Part shown: piece after piece, positions 35,632 to 48,324 of the stretch | How the letters are laid out: each line of letters begins with the position of its first letter | Position numbering within the stretch: the stretch's first letter is position 1 | Source of the DNA: Lophium mytilinum | Lineage: Eukaryota | Length of the DNA: 64,000 nt | Direction of reading: 5' to 3' | NCBI GenBank assembly: GCA_010093605.1 | Contig: MU004203.1 | Coordinates: 264,391-328,390, forward strand | The notes under the pieces: model-generated | The model's input: only the letters and a program-made list of their open reading frames with translations | Databases searched by the model: none | Told to the model about the DNA's origin: nothing | Position numbers and translations under genes: made by a program

Positions 35632-36873
35632 TGTGATTCAGAGCGCTTCTAGCAGCTCGGCGGAGGGAGAAAGGACGCGAAGTAGGGTAATCGAGCGCGG
35701 GACGGGGGCCGAAGGTGAGGGCGGGTCATGCGAATGGTTGACGTGGGAGCGAATTGAGGGTCGGATTGAAAATGTTACAAGTCAACCTGTGGAGCGCACT
35801 AAGCGTCAGTCCTGTGTATGGCTCGCAGTGTACTCCTGGACTTAGGACACGTCGAGGTGCAGAGCTGGCAGCTGGCGGCACAGCGCAGAGGCTAGGGTGC
35901 CCCACGGCCGGCAGTGACAGGACGGTGAATGGCAGAGGGGAGGATGCAGCTGGAGGAGAGGCTTACCTTGGGGATGAGGTTGGTGAAGGGAGCCACCGAG
36001 GATGTGTGGTGGTGGTGGGGCGCGGGATGCAGCGCCTGGTGGGTGTTGTGGTGGGCGTGCGTTGAGCTTTCGACGTCGTCTGCCAACCTCGTCGAGGCCG
36101 GAAAGCGGTGACAGGACTCGAATCCCTGCTCGCGTGGAGAGCCTGGAGAGCCTCTGAGGTCTGCACAGAACACGCGGGCAGCCTTCGGGCAGTCAGGCGG
36201 GGAGCGGCTAATATGGGGTCACGGTGCGATCTGGAGGTGCATTGCGCTCTCTGAGGGTCATGCGAGCTGTTGACTCGGGGCGGGATCCCCAAAGGCCACT
36301 CCCGAAGATCCTCAGCAGAGACGTGGCAGCAAGCGGTCCTCGGAGAGTTTATCTGGTGCGAATACTGTGAGTTAATACATACAGTAGTAAGAAACTGTCC
36401 TAGCACTTCTGTCAGACATGCTTCAGTCTGACAGACATGACCAAGAAGCAAGGGACGCTACTGCCCAATATCAAAGACCACGTGATGGGATGAGCTTGAA
36501 GGGGCAGTCGACACCGTCAGCGGCTGCCCGCAGATATGTAGGCTTGCCAATCCATCAATGTAGATCTAGATTTGTAGGACGTGCTAGGTGATATTACACA
36601 GTGCTTGGCAAGCATATATAAATCTAGGGAGAGCATCTACCTTTCGGCTAAGGGGTTTCGGATCATTTGTGAACTGTCATAGACTGCCACTTTTTACTCA
36701 GGGATTCTTACCACGTGACGCAATCTCAGTTGGAGTGATCGTATCGATCCTTGGGAATTTCACGGACCACCACGCGCTCCACTTCGACTCTAGGCTCTCC
36801 CCACTGCGCTTGACCCTCCAAACAACCCTCAAACGAGCAAAGACACCTCTAGCTTCCGACACACAACACCGCC

Positions 36874-37565
36874 ATGAACCGCTTGTTCGGCGCGAAGAGC
36901 ACAGGGCCGAAGCCCACGCTCAACAGCGCCATCTCCAACGTACGCCTACTACTACCCCGCCAAGCTTGGCCCCTCTGACATCTTTGCAGGTCGACACCAG
37001 GATAGAGAGCATAGATGTCAAGCTTGCTAAGCTCAACGCCGAGCTGTCCACCTACCAGCAGCGCCTTGCGAAGATGCGTGACGGCCCGGGCAAGACCGCC
37101 ATCAAGCAGAAGGCCCTCAAGGTCCTACAGCAGCGCAAGATGTACGAGGGGCAGCGGGATCAGCTACAGCAGCAGTCGTGGAACATGGAGCAGGCAGGCA
37201 TGATGCAGGACAATCTTAAGAACACTATGACTACCGTGGACGCCATGAAGACCACCACCAAGGAGCTCCGCAAGCAATATGGCAAGGTCAACATCGACAA
37301 GATCGAGAAGCTGCAGGACGAGATGGCAGATCTCATGGACATGGGCAACGACATACAAGAGAGCATTAGTAGGAGCTACGACGTTCCAGAAGACGTCGAC
37401 GAGTCGGAGCTGGACGCTGAACTCGAGGCGCTGGGCGAGGAGGTTGAGTTTGAGGGCATTGGGGAATCCCAAGGCATGCCCAGCTTCATGATGGATGAAG
37501 CCCAACCCCCACAGTTCATCGACGAACCTCCCGAGCCTGGCAAGGTGAAGGAAGCCGCCGGTTGA
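36874..37565 (+). CDS. VPS60: ESCRT-III associated Snf7-family protein Vps60/CHMP5
   Basis: Start MNRLFGAK. Intron 36940-36989. Motifs KQKALKVLQQRKMYEGQRDQL and DESELDAELEALG. Confidence 0.92.
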
Positions 37566-38401
37566 TTACGTCTCCTTATGTTTTGTGTTCTGGGATCTCA
37601 TACTAGCGGAGGCATACCCGGCGTTACGGTGATAACGAGTTCTAAAAGAATTTGGCGAATGCATTACTACTACCAAACAACTCACACTATCCCCCTTTCT
37701 TGGCTCACTCTTGCTCGTAAAAATACCGCCGGCAGTTCGCTATATATGCTCGTGGTGATGTCCTGAGCTCTTCATGAGACGCCTCCTTTCCTTCATCTCC
37801 CAGTCGCATACATTGTCTAAAGGTTCTATTTCTCAATACAAGTCTCACAGTCAATTTGTTTTTCTGTTAGAAAAGAGAGGATTTCAATCCAGTTCGTCGG
37901 CGCACGTGGGTAGTACAAACCATGTCCCGGACCAAGCATCTGTTGAGTGGCAGACTTGGCGACTTGGCAGCGGAGCGGGGTGGAGAGTCTCAGCCATGGA
38001 CGATGATTCGCTTCATACACCACGGGTGGCAATTCGGCCCGACTTTCTCTTGGACTTCCTCTCCGCCTCCTTCTAGCCAAGGAATCCGTTGCCGTTTGAT
38101 GCTTGTGTTCGCCCAAAGGAGCCACTTTGGCTCCCTGCGCCAAGGTGTTCTGTCTTCTAACCATCTTGGCCACAACCACCATGAAGTCATTTGCGCGAAG
38201 TGGCGTGCTCGTTATCATAAGGGTACAGGAAGGCCACGTATATAAGTAGTCCCCGTGACCACTCAGGTACATAGTCCTAGGTAAGAATTTCAACAACCAT
38301 CAAAGACACTCGCTATCTTTTTACTGCCTCGTTGCTCTTTGCATGCACAAAAACCTCCTCAAACTATCAACATCTGCCTACCGAGGCAGGACCACCACAT
38401 A

Positions 38402-41400
38402 ATGGGAGCTACGAAGACTTCCAACGCAACCCAGCAATACGAACGACATCCATTCCAGCTTAGCCTTAGTGAACTTCTCAATGCCCAACAAACCAACATC
38501 GACTCCGGTTTGACGGCAGCGCAAGCAAGTGAACTTCGTGGCAATTATGGAGAGAACAAGCTTGAAGGTGAAGGTAGTGTGAAGTGGTACGCGGTTCTGC
38601 TGAAGCAGATTAGCAACGCGATGATACTAGTAAGTACATGCCGCTCGCTATGGCTGCCTTTGGGGCTCGTCTAACCACGATGTATAGGTTCTGATACTCG
38701 CAATGGCACTCTCATATGGTGTCACTGATTACATCGAAGGTGGAGTCATCACTGCTTTTATCGTATTGAACGTGAGCATTGGATTCTACCAGGAGTTTCA
38801 GGCCGAAAAGAAGATGGACTCTCTGCGAGCTCTTTCTTCGCCTACTGCGACCGTCCTTCGTTCGGGCAATGTCGAAGCAATTGCTTCAATGGAGGTTGTT
38901 CCTGGAGACGTTTGCATCGTCAAGACTGGAGATACCATACCTGCCGATCTACGAATATTCGAGTCCATGAACTTGGAATGTGACGAGAAGATTCTCACCG
39001 GAGAAGGTAAGACGAAACCTCCCCTATGCAGTGTTGCAAGCACTGATTGCACTAGCTGTGCCCGTCGCGAAAGATCCCGAGATCCATTTCTCGGACCACA
39101 ATGAGCTTGAGACCGGTGTCGGCGATCGCCTTAATATGGCATACTCTTCATCAACGGTGACCAAAGGTCGTGGTCGCGGCATTGTAGTGTTCACCGGGAT
39201 GCATACTGAGATAGGTAAGATCGCTTCTTCCATGCAAGGCGCCCAACGGAAGCCGAATCGATCACTCTCCAGAAAGCAGGGAAAGCTACAACCAGCCAAG
39301 GGGATTGCTCTACGGTTCTGGGATGGCTGGGGCAAGTTTCTAGGCCTCACAATCGGAACACCTTTGCAAAGGAAGCTCTCGAAACTCGCTTACATTCTTT
39401 TCGGCTTTGCTATCCTTTTGGCGATCATCGCCTTTGCTGTTCACAAGTTCGTTGTTACAAACGAAGTCGCCATTTACGCTATCTCGACCGGTAAGTATTC
39501 GACGTCTAGAACACTTTGTGTTATTACCGCTAATACTTCTAGGAATTGCTATGATACCCGAGTCCCTCATCGCCGTCCTTACGATCACATTCGTCACCGG
39601 AATGACCCAAATGCGGAAGCGCAAGGTCCTCACGCGGAAGCTCAGTGCTCTCGAAGCGCTTGGAGGCATCACCAATATCTGCTCGGACAAGACTGGAACA
39701 TTGACGCAAGGCCAAATGACACTGGGAAAGGCTTGGATACCAGGCGCCGGAATATATACCGTCAGCAACTCCGTGGATCCTGCAAACCCTACCCAGGGGA
39801 ACATCAGTGTTGGCCCTGCCAAGTCTAGGGCTGAGATGGATGTTGAGAAGATAGACCGCGGGGAACAGGTCGACAGAGAGCGAAGCGCTGCTGCGCTGGC
39901 TTTCGAAGTTCCATCACAGAAAGCCGAGAAAGATCAACAACGGCATGGACCACAAGAGAAGCAAACACTCAGCGGAGACGACTATCCAGAGATGATTCCC
40001 GAGCTAGAATCCTTCCTCAACTCTGCCGCCCTTTGTAATCTTGCTACCGTTCGCCTCAACGAACAAGAAGGCAAGTGGCAGACTACTGGTGACCCGACTG
40101 AAGTTGCCCTACAAGTCTTTGCGCATCGTTTCGATAAGGGCAAGAAGATTCTTGAGCAAGACGTTGGATGGAAGCAAATCACTGAATATCCATTCGACAG
40201 CACTGTCAAGCGAATGTCTGTGGTCTATAGCTCTCCGTTTGACGACAAAACCACAATCTTCACCAAAGGAGCTGTAGAGCGTATCATCGATCTTTGTGAC
40301 TATGTCGGCACTGGCGATAAACGGCGCGAGATGACCGAGTCTGTCAAGGATTCTATATACGAACAAATGAGCATGCTGGCTGATCAGGGCTTGAGGGTGC
40401 TCGCACTAGCTCAGAAGACTTGGGAAGGTGGCTTCGACGAGAAGTCAGACACTCCTAGGGACGACATTGAAAAAGACCTTACTCTACTCGGCCTGGCTGG
40501 GCTTTATGATCCACCAAGATTGGAGACCAAGGATGCCGTGAAAGGTGAGCCTACCATTCATCGGGTCCCCACCATACTCTCAACTTACTAACCCAATTCA
40601 GAATGTACAAATGCTGGTATCAAAGTCCACATGCTCACCGGCGACCACCCCGGAACCGCCACAGCCATCGGAAAAGAAGTTGGAATCATCCCACGAGACT
40701 TCAGCGTCCTGTCCGCTGAAGTTGCCGACTCTCTCGTCAAGACTGCCGCCCAGTTCGATGCCATGACCGATGAGGAAATCGACGCCATGCCAGAACTTCC
40801 CATAGTAATCGCCCGCTGTGCACCAAACACCAAGACCCGGATGATTGCTGCCCTACATAGACGCAACGCCTACGCCGCCATGACCGGCGACGGCGTCAAC
40901 GACGGCCCATCCCTCCAAGCCGCAGACGTAGGCATCGCGATGGGTCTCGCAGGCTCAGACGTCGCCAAAGGCGCTTCCGACATCGTACTCACAGACGACA
41001 ACTTCTCCAGCATCGTCAACGCCATCGAAGAAGGCCGCCGCATGTTCGACAACATCCAGAAGTTCGTTCTCCACGTAAGGCTCCCTTATCACACTTCAAC
41101 CATCAACACGCACACTAACACCATCCCCCTCCAGCTGCTCACTTCTAACATCGGCGAAGTCATCCTCCTCGTCCTCGGCCTCACCTTCAAAGACGCCGCC
41201 TCCTTCTCCGTCTTCCCCCTCTCCCCCCTCCAAATCCTCTGGATCAACATGGTCACCTCCGGCTTCCCAGCCTTCGGCCTCGGCCGCGAGCCCGCCGCCT
41301 ACAACATCATGACGCGCCGCCCCCACAACACCAAAACCGGCGTCTTCACCTGGCAGATCATCGCCGACATGCTCGTCTACGGCCTCCTCATGGGCATCCT

Positions 41401-41974
41401 CACCCTGCTCACTTTCGTCATCATCGTGTACGGCCCCGGCGACGGCAACCTCGGCCACGACTGTAACACCGCGTACAGCGCGAGCTGCGACGTCGTGTTC
41501 CGCGCCCGCGCGGCTGTGTTTGCGGAACTCACGTGGCTGATTATGGTTGCGGCGTGGGAGATGAAGAGTTTGCGGCGGAGTATGTTTAGGTTGGATCCGC
41601 GGTCGGAGAGCCGCTTCCCCTTCTTCAAGGATGTTTATGCGAATCGGTTTTTGTTTTGGGCGGTGGTGGTTGGTGCTGTGGTGGTGTTTCCGTGTATTTA
41701 TATTCCGGGGCTGAACGAGAAGGTGTTTAAGCATAGGCCGATTACGTGGGAGTGGGCGTTGAGTGTGGGTGCTACGGTGCTGTTTGTGGCGGGTATGGAG
41801 TTGTGGAAGATGGCGAAGAGGGGGTTTGGGTGGTTTGTGGAGGAGGGGGAGGATGGGGTTGGCAGGGATAAGGGGCTGGGGTTGAGGCAGGGGTTCTTTT
41901 CGTTTTCGAAGAGTTTTAGTAGGAGTACGACTAGTTTGGGAAAAGGGGGAAGAAGTGGGGAGTCGCAAGTCTGA
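38402..41974 (+). CDS. ENA1: Na+/K+ efflux P-type ATPase (type IID, ENA family)
   Basis: Motifs DEKILTGEA, IAMIPESL, ICSDKTGTLT, GDPTE, KGAVE, DPPR, MLTGD, MTGDGVNDGPSL and VFRARAAVF. Introns 38630-38687, 39007-39055, 39491-39542, 40545-40601 and 41075-41134. Confidence 0.92.
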
Positions 41975-41979
41975 GAGTA

Positions 41980-42565
41980 TCTTTTCCCTGGGATTTATTG
42001 GCCTGTTGGGCCACCTCAGACGGTGGCAGCCATACGTACAAATATACGAGTTCACGAATATGATTTAAACGCTTCTACTTCAACATTCACTAATGTTTCG
42101 ACTTGACTTGCTGAGGTACTTCAAACAGCGGTACACTTGTGTAAACACCCATTAAGCAACAAGAAATGCCTATCATTTTTCCCTGGGTTTTACGGGCCTT
42201 TTGGGCCACCTCAGACGGTGGCAGCCATACGTACAAATACACGACTTAACGAGTTTGATTTACACGCTTCAACCTCGACATTCACTGTTATTTCGACTTG
42301 TCTTGCTGAGGTACTCCAAACAGCGATATACCTGTGTAAACACCAATCAGACAACAAGAAGGGCCTATCCTTTGCCCCCTGGTCTTTACGGGCATGCTGG
42401 GCCACCTCGGACGGTGGCAGCCATACGTACAATTACACGACTTCACAAATTTGATTTACACGCTTCAACTTCGACATTCACTGCTATTCCTACTTGACTT
42501 GCTGAGGTACTTCAAACAGCGGTACACCTGTGTCAACACCCATCAAACACCAAGAAAAGCCTATC
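41980..42565. repeat. ~195-bp tandem repeat x3
   Basis: Anchor GGGCCACCTC(A/G)GACGGTGGCAGCCATACGTACAA at 42008, 42203 and 42399. Confidence 0.92.
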
Positions 42566-42619
42566 ATACACTGCCCCCAGAAAAGGAGAAACAACCCCTT
42601 CATCCCCCCAAAGCCCCTA

Positions 42620-43168
42620 CTAAGCGTACACAGACAACCGGACAACCGCCGCCATCAGATCCACGGCCAGGTCCCCCCCTTTTGCCACCAAGGCCCTCAT
42701 ACTCTTCGACAATGCCTCTTCCGGCCCAACAACCCCCCGGGCAGCGTCGGCCCTCTTGTCCCTACAAAGCACCAGGCGGCACGCCGCGGTCTCGGCCAGA
42801 AAAGCGCGCAACGCGTTGGGCCCCTCCGTGTGGTTGTAGACGTACTCGAGCCGGAAGGGGGACGCGGTATGGCCGGTTGACGCGTAGTAGTGCCTGATCT
42901 GGATGTACACGGCGTCGGCGAGCTGGGCCTCGTCGTGGCGAAGTGCGAGTATGTACAGCGACAGGTGGTGGGTCAGGGCGTGGAAGGAGTCCGGGGCGGG
43001 CAGTCTTTTGAAGGGGTCGTCGCGCAGCGGGAGGACGCCGGGCTCGTAGTACGCTTTGAGCAACTTGAGGGCGAAGGTGTCCTCCTCTGGAACGAGCGGG
43101 CGGAAGACGTGCTCTTCGGGGTCGGCTGGGGGTGTGGTGGACAGGCAGGTTGAGATTGGAGCAGTCAT
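42620..43168 (-). CDS. Hypothetical protein resembling the helical region that follows fungal BTB/POZ domains
   Basis: 182-aa intronless ORF with the pattern LYILALRH.EAQLADAV...EYVYNHTEGPNALRAFLA. Confidence 0.55.
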   Translation of the reverse strand: MTAPISTCLSTTPPADPEEHVFRPLVPEEDTFALKLLKAYYEPGVLPLRDDPFKRLPAPDSFHALTHHLSLYILALRHDEAQLADAVYIQIRHYYASTGHTASPFRLEYVYNHTEGPNALRAFLAETAACRLVLCRDKRADAARGVVGPEEALSKSMRALVAKGGDLAVDLMAAVVRLSVYA

Positions 43169-44246
43169 GTTGGTGTTTTGATGGGGTCTTGAGGGTTTTG
43201 TGGATGCTCTGGTCGTTTTATGAGGTTGAAAAAGCTCGACGAGGTTGATGTGAGGTGTGCCGTTGAGGTGCGGTATGACGAAGACTCAGTGACGCGTTTG
43301 AAGGTGAAGGTCTGAGGACGAGCTCGGTGCGTGTGCTTGAAGATCTGTGAAGGATGCTGCGATACTGATGCGCTATAGCCAGAGTAGTGGGCGACACGTA
43401 TGCAGACGATGCTGAGATGATGATGTGGCTGTAGGAGCTGGAGAGTTGATGGATTGGAGGTGGGCGGGAAGAAGATGTTGATGCTGGAGGAAAGGCGGGC
43501 CGCTCACTTGAGCACGGCGAAACGACCGCTGGTCAGCTGCTCTTGCTCCTTCGTCACAGCAACGAAAGGGCAACCAACAGCGTGCTCGAGAAGCAGCTTG
43601 TAGATTGGAGCCTCTAATATGCTGCAAAAGGCCCTGGGAGAGCTGCGCCAACAGTGGCGGAAGTTGGTAGCGGCCGGTCGGTGTTTCGATTGAGAAATGT
43701 TACCGCCTCAACGCTGCCACAACACGCTTTTCTGAGGGATAGTTCGATGCCCCCAGATTACCACATAGCGCTGTGACCAGGCTTAGACACCCAGGGAAAC
43801 AAAGATATAGAAAATTGATGGGCGCCGAAATAATTCTGTCGCCACAGCATTGATAGGGACTAACCAGCAGCTCATGACCTGATTTTCATACTCACACGTG
43901 TTCCTATCCTTGAGATGTGCTCACACGGAGATTCAAATGGAAGCCTGCACCTAACTTGTGATTGGACGTATTGCAATTGATCACTGTGACGTCCCTCGTC
44001 CACTTTTCATTACATCGTGACCGAAATCCAATTACCCAGAAGAAGATGGATTAGACACAGACATAACGGCCAATTGAACATGTTTTCCGCTCCACCGAGA
44101 GATACCAAGGCCTGAACGCCAGCTCCAGACGTCCGATCCTTACCGCGGCTCCATCCATTAGAGCCATGCAACCACAAAGAGCGAATCGGAGATTTGTCCC
44201 CAGTTTGATTTGATCCCTCTGAAAGCCGGATACAATGCCATGTAGT

Positions 44247-45050
44247 CTAGATAAGATGCTTTGACCTGAAGTATGCCCTCAGGTACACGACCTGCCATGC
44301 CCCTAGACCGACCAGCATGCCCATTGTACCAAACGCGAACCACTTGACTCTTTCGTTCGTGCTCTCATTTGTGTCCCGTAGCTTTTGTTCTCGTCCGCGG
44401 AGGTAGTCCATCTCGCCCACAATCTCCTGAACGAGTTCTTCCATTCGGCGGAGCTCTGCCTCGACCGGCTTCAGCTTCTCGCCAGCTTGGATTGCAGACC
44501 AGTCCTTTGCATCGGCACCAATATCAATGTCGAGTTCGACGTGTCTTGTTGGCGCCTGGCCCCCAGAATCTAGTAAGTGCAGTTAGCAGTTGTCGTGTCA
44601 CATGGCGTGAACGCAAGTGTAGACGGATACGAACTGGAGGTGCGGATATTCTCGAAGCAGACATCAAAAGCAGAATCGGCATGCGAGGTGAAGGCGTTCC
44701 TACTCTCGCCTGCAACGTCCTTTGGCCTTCCGTAGTCATTGCCCATGGCGTCTCGGATCTATGAATGCGTCTCAATTAGCCATTGCCCAGTATGCCTCAT
44801 GCTTAAATCGACCAGCGCGGTAAATAGGCCTACTAACATGCAAGTTGAGCATCTGACCGTCTCCCCTCTGACCGCTCACAATAGCCGTAACGACCACCAA
44901 TTGGTCTTTGGCGACAAAATTTCGAATGCATCGCTCGTATCTTGCGGATTCGTGTCCTGGGTGGGCCTCGATATCGAACTTCAGGGCGAAGGTAAGGGGC
45001 ACCGCGGCCAAAAGGAGCAGAAAGCTCAAGTACCGAAACAGAGTCTCCAT
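44247..45050 (-). CDS. ERV25: p24/emp24-gp25L family cargo receptor (p24 delta)
   Basis: Signal peptide and GOLD domain ([15 protein letters not shown]). Motifs [27 protein letters not shown] and [16 protein letters not shown]. Introns 44837-44759 and 44630-44570. Confidence 0.92.
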
Positions 45051-45686
45051 GGCTGTGTTGTGAGGATGCAAGTGCTGAACCCGCCTCTTCGTGTTTTGGC
45101 GTAGGGGATGTTGAAGGCCAGATGGCCCGCGGGAAAGAGCTAGCGTCCGATTGAGGTTGGCGGCTTGGCGAATGCTGAGCCTCAGGACTCAAGGCAACAC
45201 CATCCAGCCATCCGTCACTGAGCAATACCTAGGTATTCACCGATCAGACCCCCTCGCGACCCAATATCGACGCCCAATCGCCCTTCTGCCACTCGGCGCA
45301 GGTGTTGGAGGACCCCCACGTCGACGGGGGCTGCTGCGTTGAGTGGTCGCTTCACCTCTCCTGCGGACCGGCCCAGGCGAATTTCACCAGGCAAATGGCT
45401 ACTTTCAGCATACCGAGAAGAAGGCAACGAGAGCGGTTACCCTTCTTAGAGTTGCCCCCGCCATTCCGTTTTGCGTCGCCGTAGTGCGAACCTTAGCCAG
45501 CTAACCAGCAAGTCCCCCGCTACCTTGCTCTGTCCGCAAGTATACTTTATAGAAATATCATATCTTTCTTTCAGTGGTCACTTCCTTCAGCTGCCGCAAA
45601 CTGTCTGTCTCGCGTGTGCACACTGTTACATACAGCCTCGTCAATATCTGAAATCGTCAATTCCTTCTTCATTCGCCGCATCTGAA

Positions 45687-47255
45687 ATGGCTGGCAGCCG
45701 GCGTGGACGAGGCCGGCGAGCTGCACGGGTCGTTGCTCGAGACCAGCTTCCGCCTTTCAGCTCTGCACACACCTTCGCCTCACTCACACCTGACCACGCC
45801 TTTCTGGCCCATCTGGAAGCCAGCATCTGTAGGCTTGGCGAAAATCTGCAGCAGATGAGACATGAGTTTCTTGAGTTGATTAAGCTCGTCAACGCAGCTA
45901 AATGCAGCAAACCATCTCGCGGAAGCGATTCGCGTCCAAGCTCGCATGTACCGGATTGGGTTGTCCCCTCGGAGTCTTCTTATCATCGCGGCGATCCAAG
46001 TGTTGGCGGATCACAGCTTTCGAGTACACTTCACAATCCTGTAAGAGTATCTCCACCTGGAGCGTCAGAGAAAGCGCTTGAGCGAGAAGTGGCAGAGGTC
46101 ATACCCTCGACAGAGCTCCAGAACATGCCGACGAATGATTCTCGACATTCTCTCAAAAGACCCCTGGAGATATCCGCTGACGATGGGCCATCCGGCATGA
46201 TGAAAACGTTTTACATAGGCCCGGAGAGTTTGTTAGAGATTCAAGCCAGGAAGAAAGAACAATACTCAAAAGGGAAGCAACAAGAAGTTCAAGCAATGAG
46301 GGCACGTGGAGCCTGCAATGAATGTCGACAGAACAAACGAAGGGTTTGTCATCCCCGATACATACAAGCCGTCTATCTAATCCCACTTCAATAGTGCAAT
46401 CCAGATCATCCCCCTCCAGATAGTTATTCGAGGGCCAAACGAAGGTCTTCGCGCGTGGAGTATGTATATTTGTCAAGCTTTTTTTTTATTCATCAAGAGT
46501 AATTTTTCTCCAGCTCAAAATCGTCCGCCAAACCTTCACATCCGTCTACCCAACATGGTAAGAGCACCTTATTTTCCATTACACCTTGTCACCCATCTAT
46601 GTGCTCCCATGACCTACAACGCCTCACCATCGACCTATGTACGCTCGTCTACTGCTGGTTAGGATGCCTAAATAAGCTTTCAAAGCTCTAGGCGCGTTCT
46701 ATTCACTCCATGCGATGTGGATTGGACTGCCTCTTGGCTTACATGACATGGCGCAGCTGGGCTACTCCTGACAGTGGTGCGGAGTGAGCTAAAGTCGAAT
46801 TGAAGCGCTGCTATATTTTTGTATCCAGACTCGTAGTCCAGTACCGTACTACCTGAATATTCACTGACTCATACTGTTCAATTCTAGGCACTCATACCGC
46901 AATTCTCTGTCCCCGCTCCACACCTGAATACCCTCCACTGTTTGCTGGTCCCGAGTTCCGAAGATCCTCATTACCCCCGCTAGCAAGTGAGCCTGTCACT
47001 GATCGACCGACAATGACAACGTACCGCAAAGTACATGGAGAACCGAAGAGACTGTCGATAGATCATCACCAGAGCTTCGCTCCACCCCCGTTATATGTTG
47101 GCATGACCATGGACACCGAACCTACTCCGGGGCCTGAATACGGCCAAATACCCGACCCCAACTTGCTAGATTCGGATGATGTCCTGGGGTTCCTCGGTGA
47201 TCCATTTACCCCATCTGTACCAGGAATTGACTGGGGCCATATCTTTCCACCGTAG
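45687..47255 (+). CDS. Putative transcription factor with an atypical C-x2-C-x6-C-x3-H zinc motif
   Basis: MRARGACNECRQNKRR|CNPDH. Frame-consistent model: exons 45687-46343, 46395-46459, 46514-46557 and 46888-47255. Acidic/hydrophobic C-terminal tail. Confidence 0.55.
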
Positions 47256-47259
47256 ACAA

Positions 47260-47845
47260 CCTACAACACCCAGGGGCGTCCCCCAATACTACACTTACCC
47301 GCAGTGGCAACGGTTTCTAGCGTTACGTCCGAGCGTTACGGCATACACATACCCAGTTCCTAGACCCTGGTTCGTGACATTCAGATCTCTCAGTTTTCCA
47401 CCGCCCAAGGGAGCCTTTTAGAACTATACATACCCGCAGCGGCATCGCTTCCGGCGCCCAATTCGAGCTCTACAGCATACACGTAGCCAATTTCCAGGCC
47501 CCAATCCTTTATATTCCGTCCTCTCAATATTCCACCACCCAGGGGTGTCTTCCAGGACTATACATACCTGCAGGGATATCTCTTCCAGCGCCCAATTCGA
47601 GCTCTACGGCATTCACACACCTAATTCCCAGGCCTCGGTTTCTTGCATTCTGTTCTATCACTTCTCCACCGCCCAGGGGTGTCTTCCGAGGCTATACATA
47701 TCCGCGAGACTGAAATCTCCACGGCTCGATTTGTACTCTTCACCACAGACCTAATTCACAGGCTCCGGTTCTTCACATTCTATTCCAATTTTTTCCCCAC
47801 AGTCCAGGGGCGTCTTAGACTATTATCTACCCCGGCAATTTCATC
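47260..47845. repeat. Degenerate ~134-bp tandem repeat, about 4.3 copies
   Basis: Anchor CC(C)AGGGG(C/T)GTC..CTATACATACC at about 47269, 47404, 47538, 47672 and 47803. Confidence 0.8.
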
Positions 47846-48324
47846 GTCTAGAGTGCTTGAATCATGCTCTATGTCATCTCGTTCGTTATGTCAGTTCTTA
47901 GTGGGTATGTCACAAATAGTACCGTTGATAGTAAAAGCAAGATTTCATACCTTTATTACTACGGATTGGAGGGCCTTTATGTTGATTCTTAGACGGTATG
48001 TTACAAATAATAATTCTTATGGCATTTGAAAAAAAATCTTATTTATGCCCATTTTAGCACGACTTGGACCCCATACGTGGCGGCTCTTCAAGAAATGCTA
48101 ACAATGTTGCTTGAATAACATTTTTAGAATAACTTACAATTCTGCAACAAGTTACATTTCCACAACAAGTCACATTTAAGCCATTTCAAACCAAGCAGTA
48201 GGGCCACTTCGTATCGTATTATGCAGCTATTGTACAACTCATCATGCTTCCGCCTAGACGCCGTCTGCCATGCAAACTCCCAAGAACACCCAAAAGGGGT
48301 ATGTCAGGTCAACTCGTCTCCCGC

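Noticed and set aside
36090..36135. tRNA T-loop-like GGATTCGAGTCC on the minus strand
   Set aside because: The T-stem does not pair canonically, and no D-arm, anticodon arm or acceptor stem can be built.
41980..42565. CRISPR-like or Helitron interpretation of the 195-bp repeats
   Set aside because: Whole units are homologous, with no unique spacers. The context is eukaryotic, with no cas or Rep-helicase ORF and no CTRR terminus after the hairpin.
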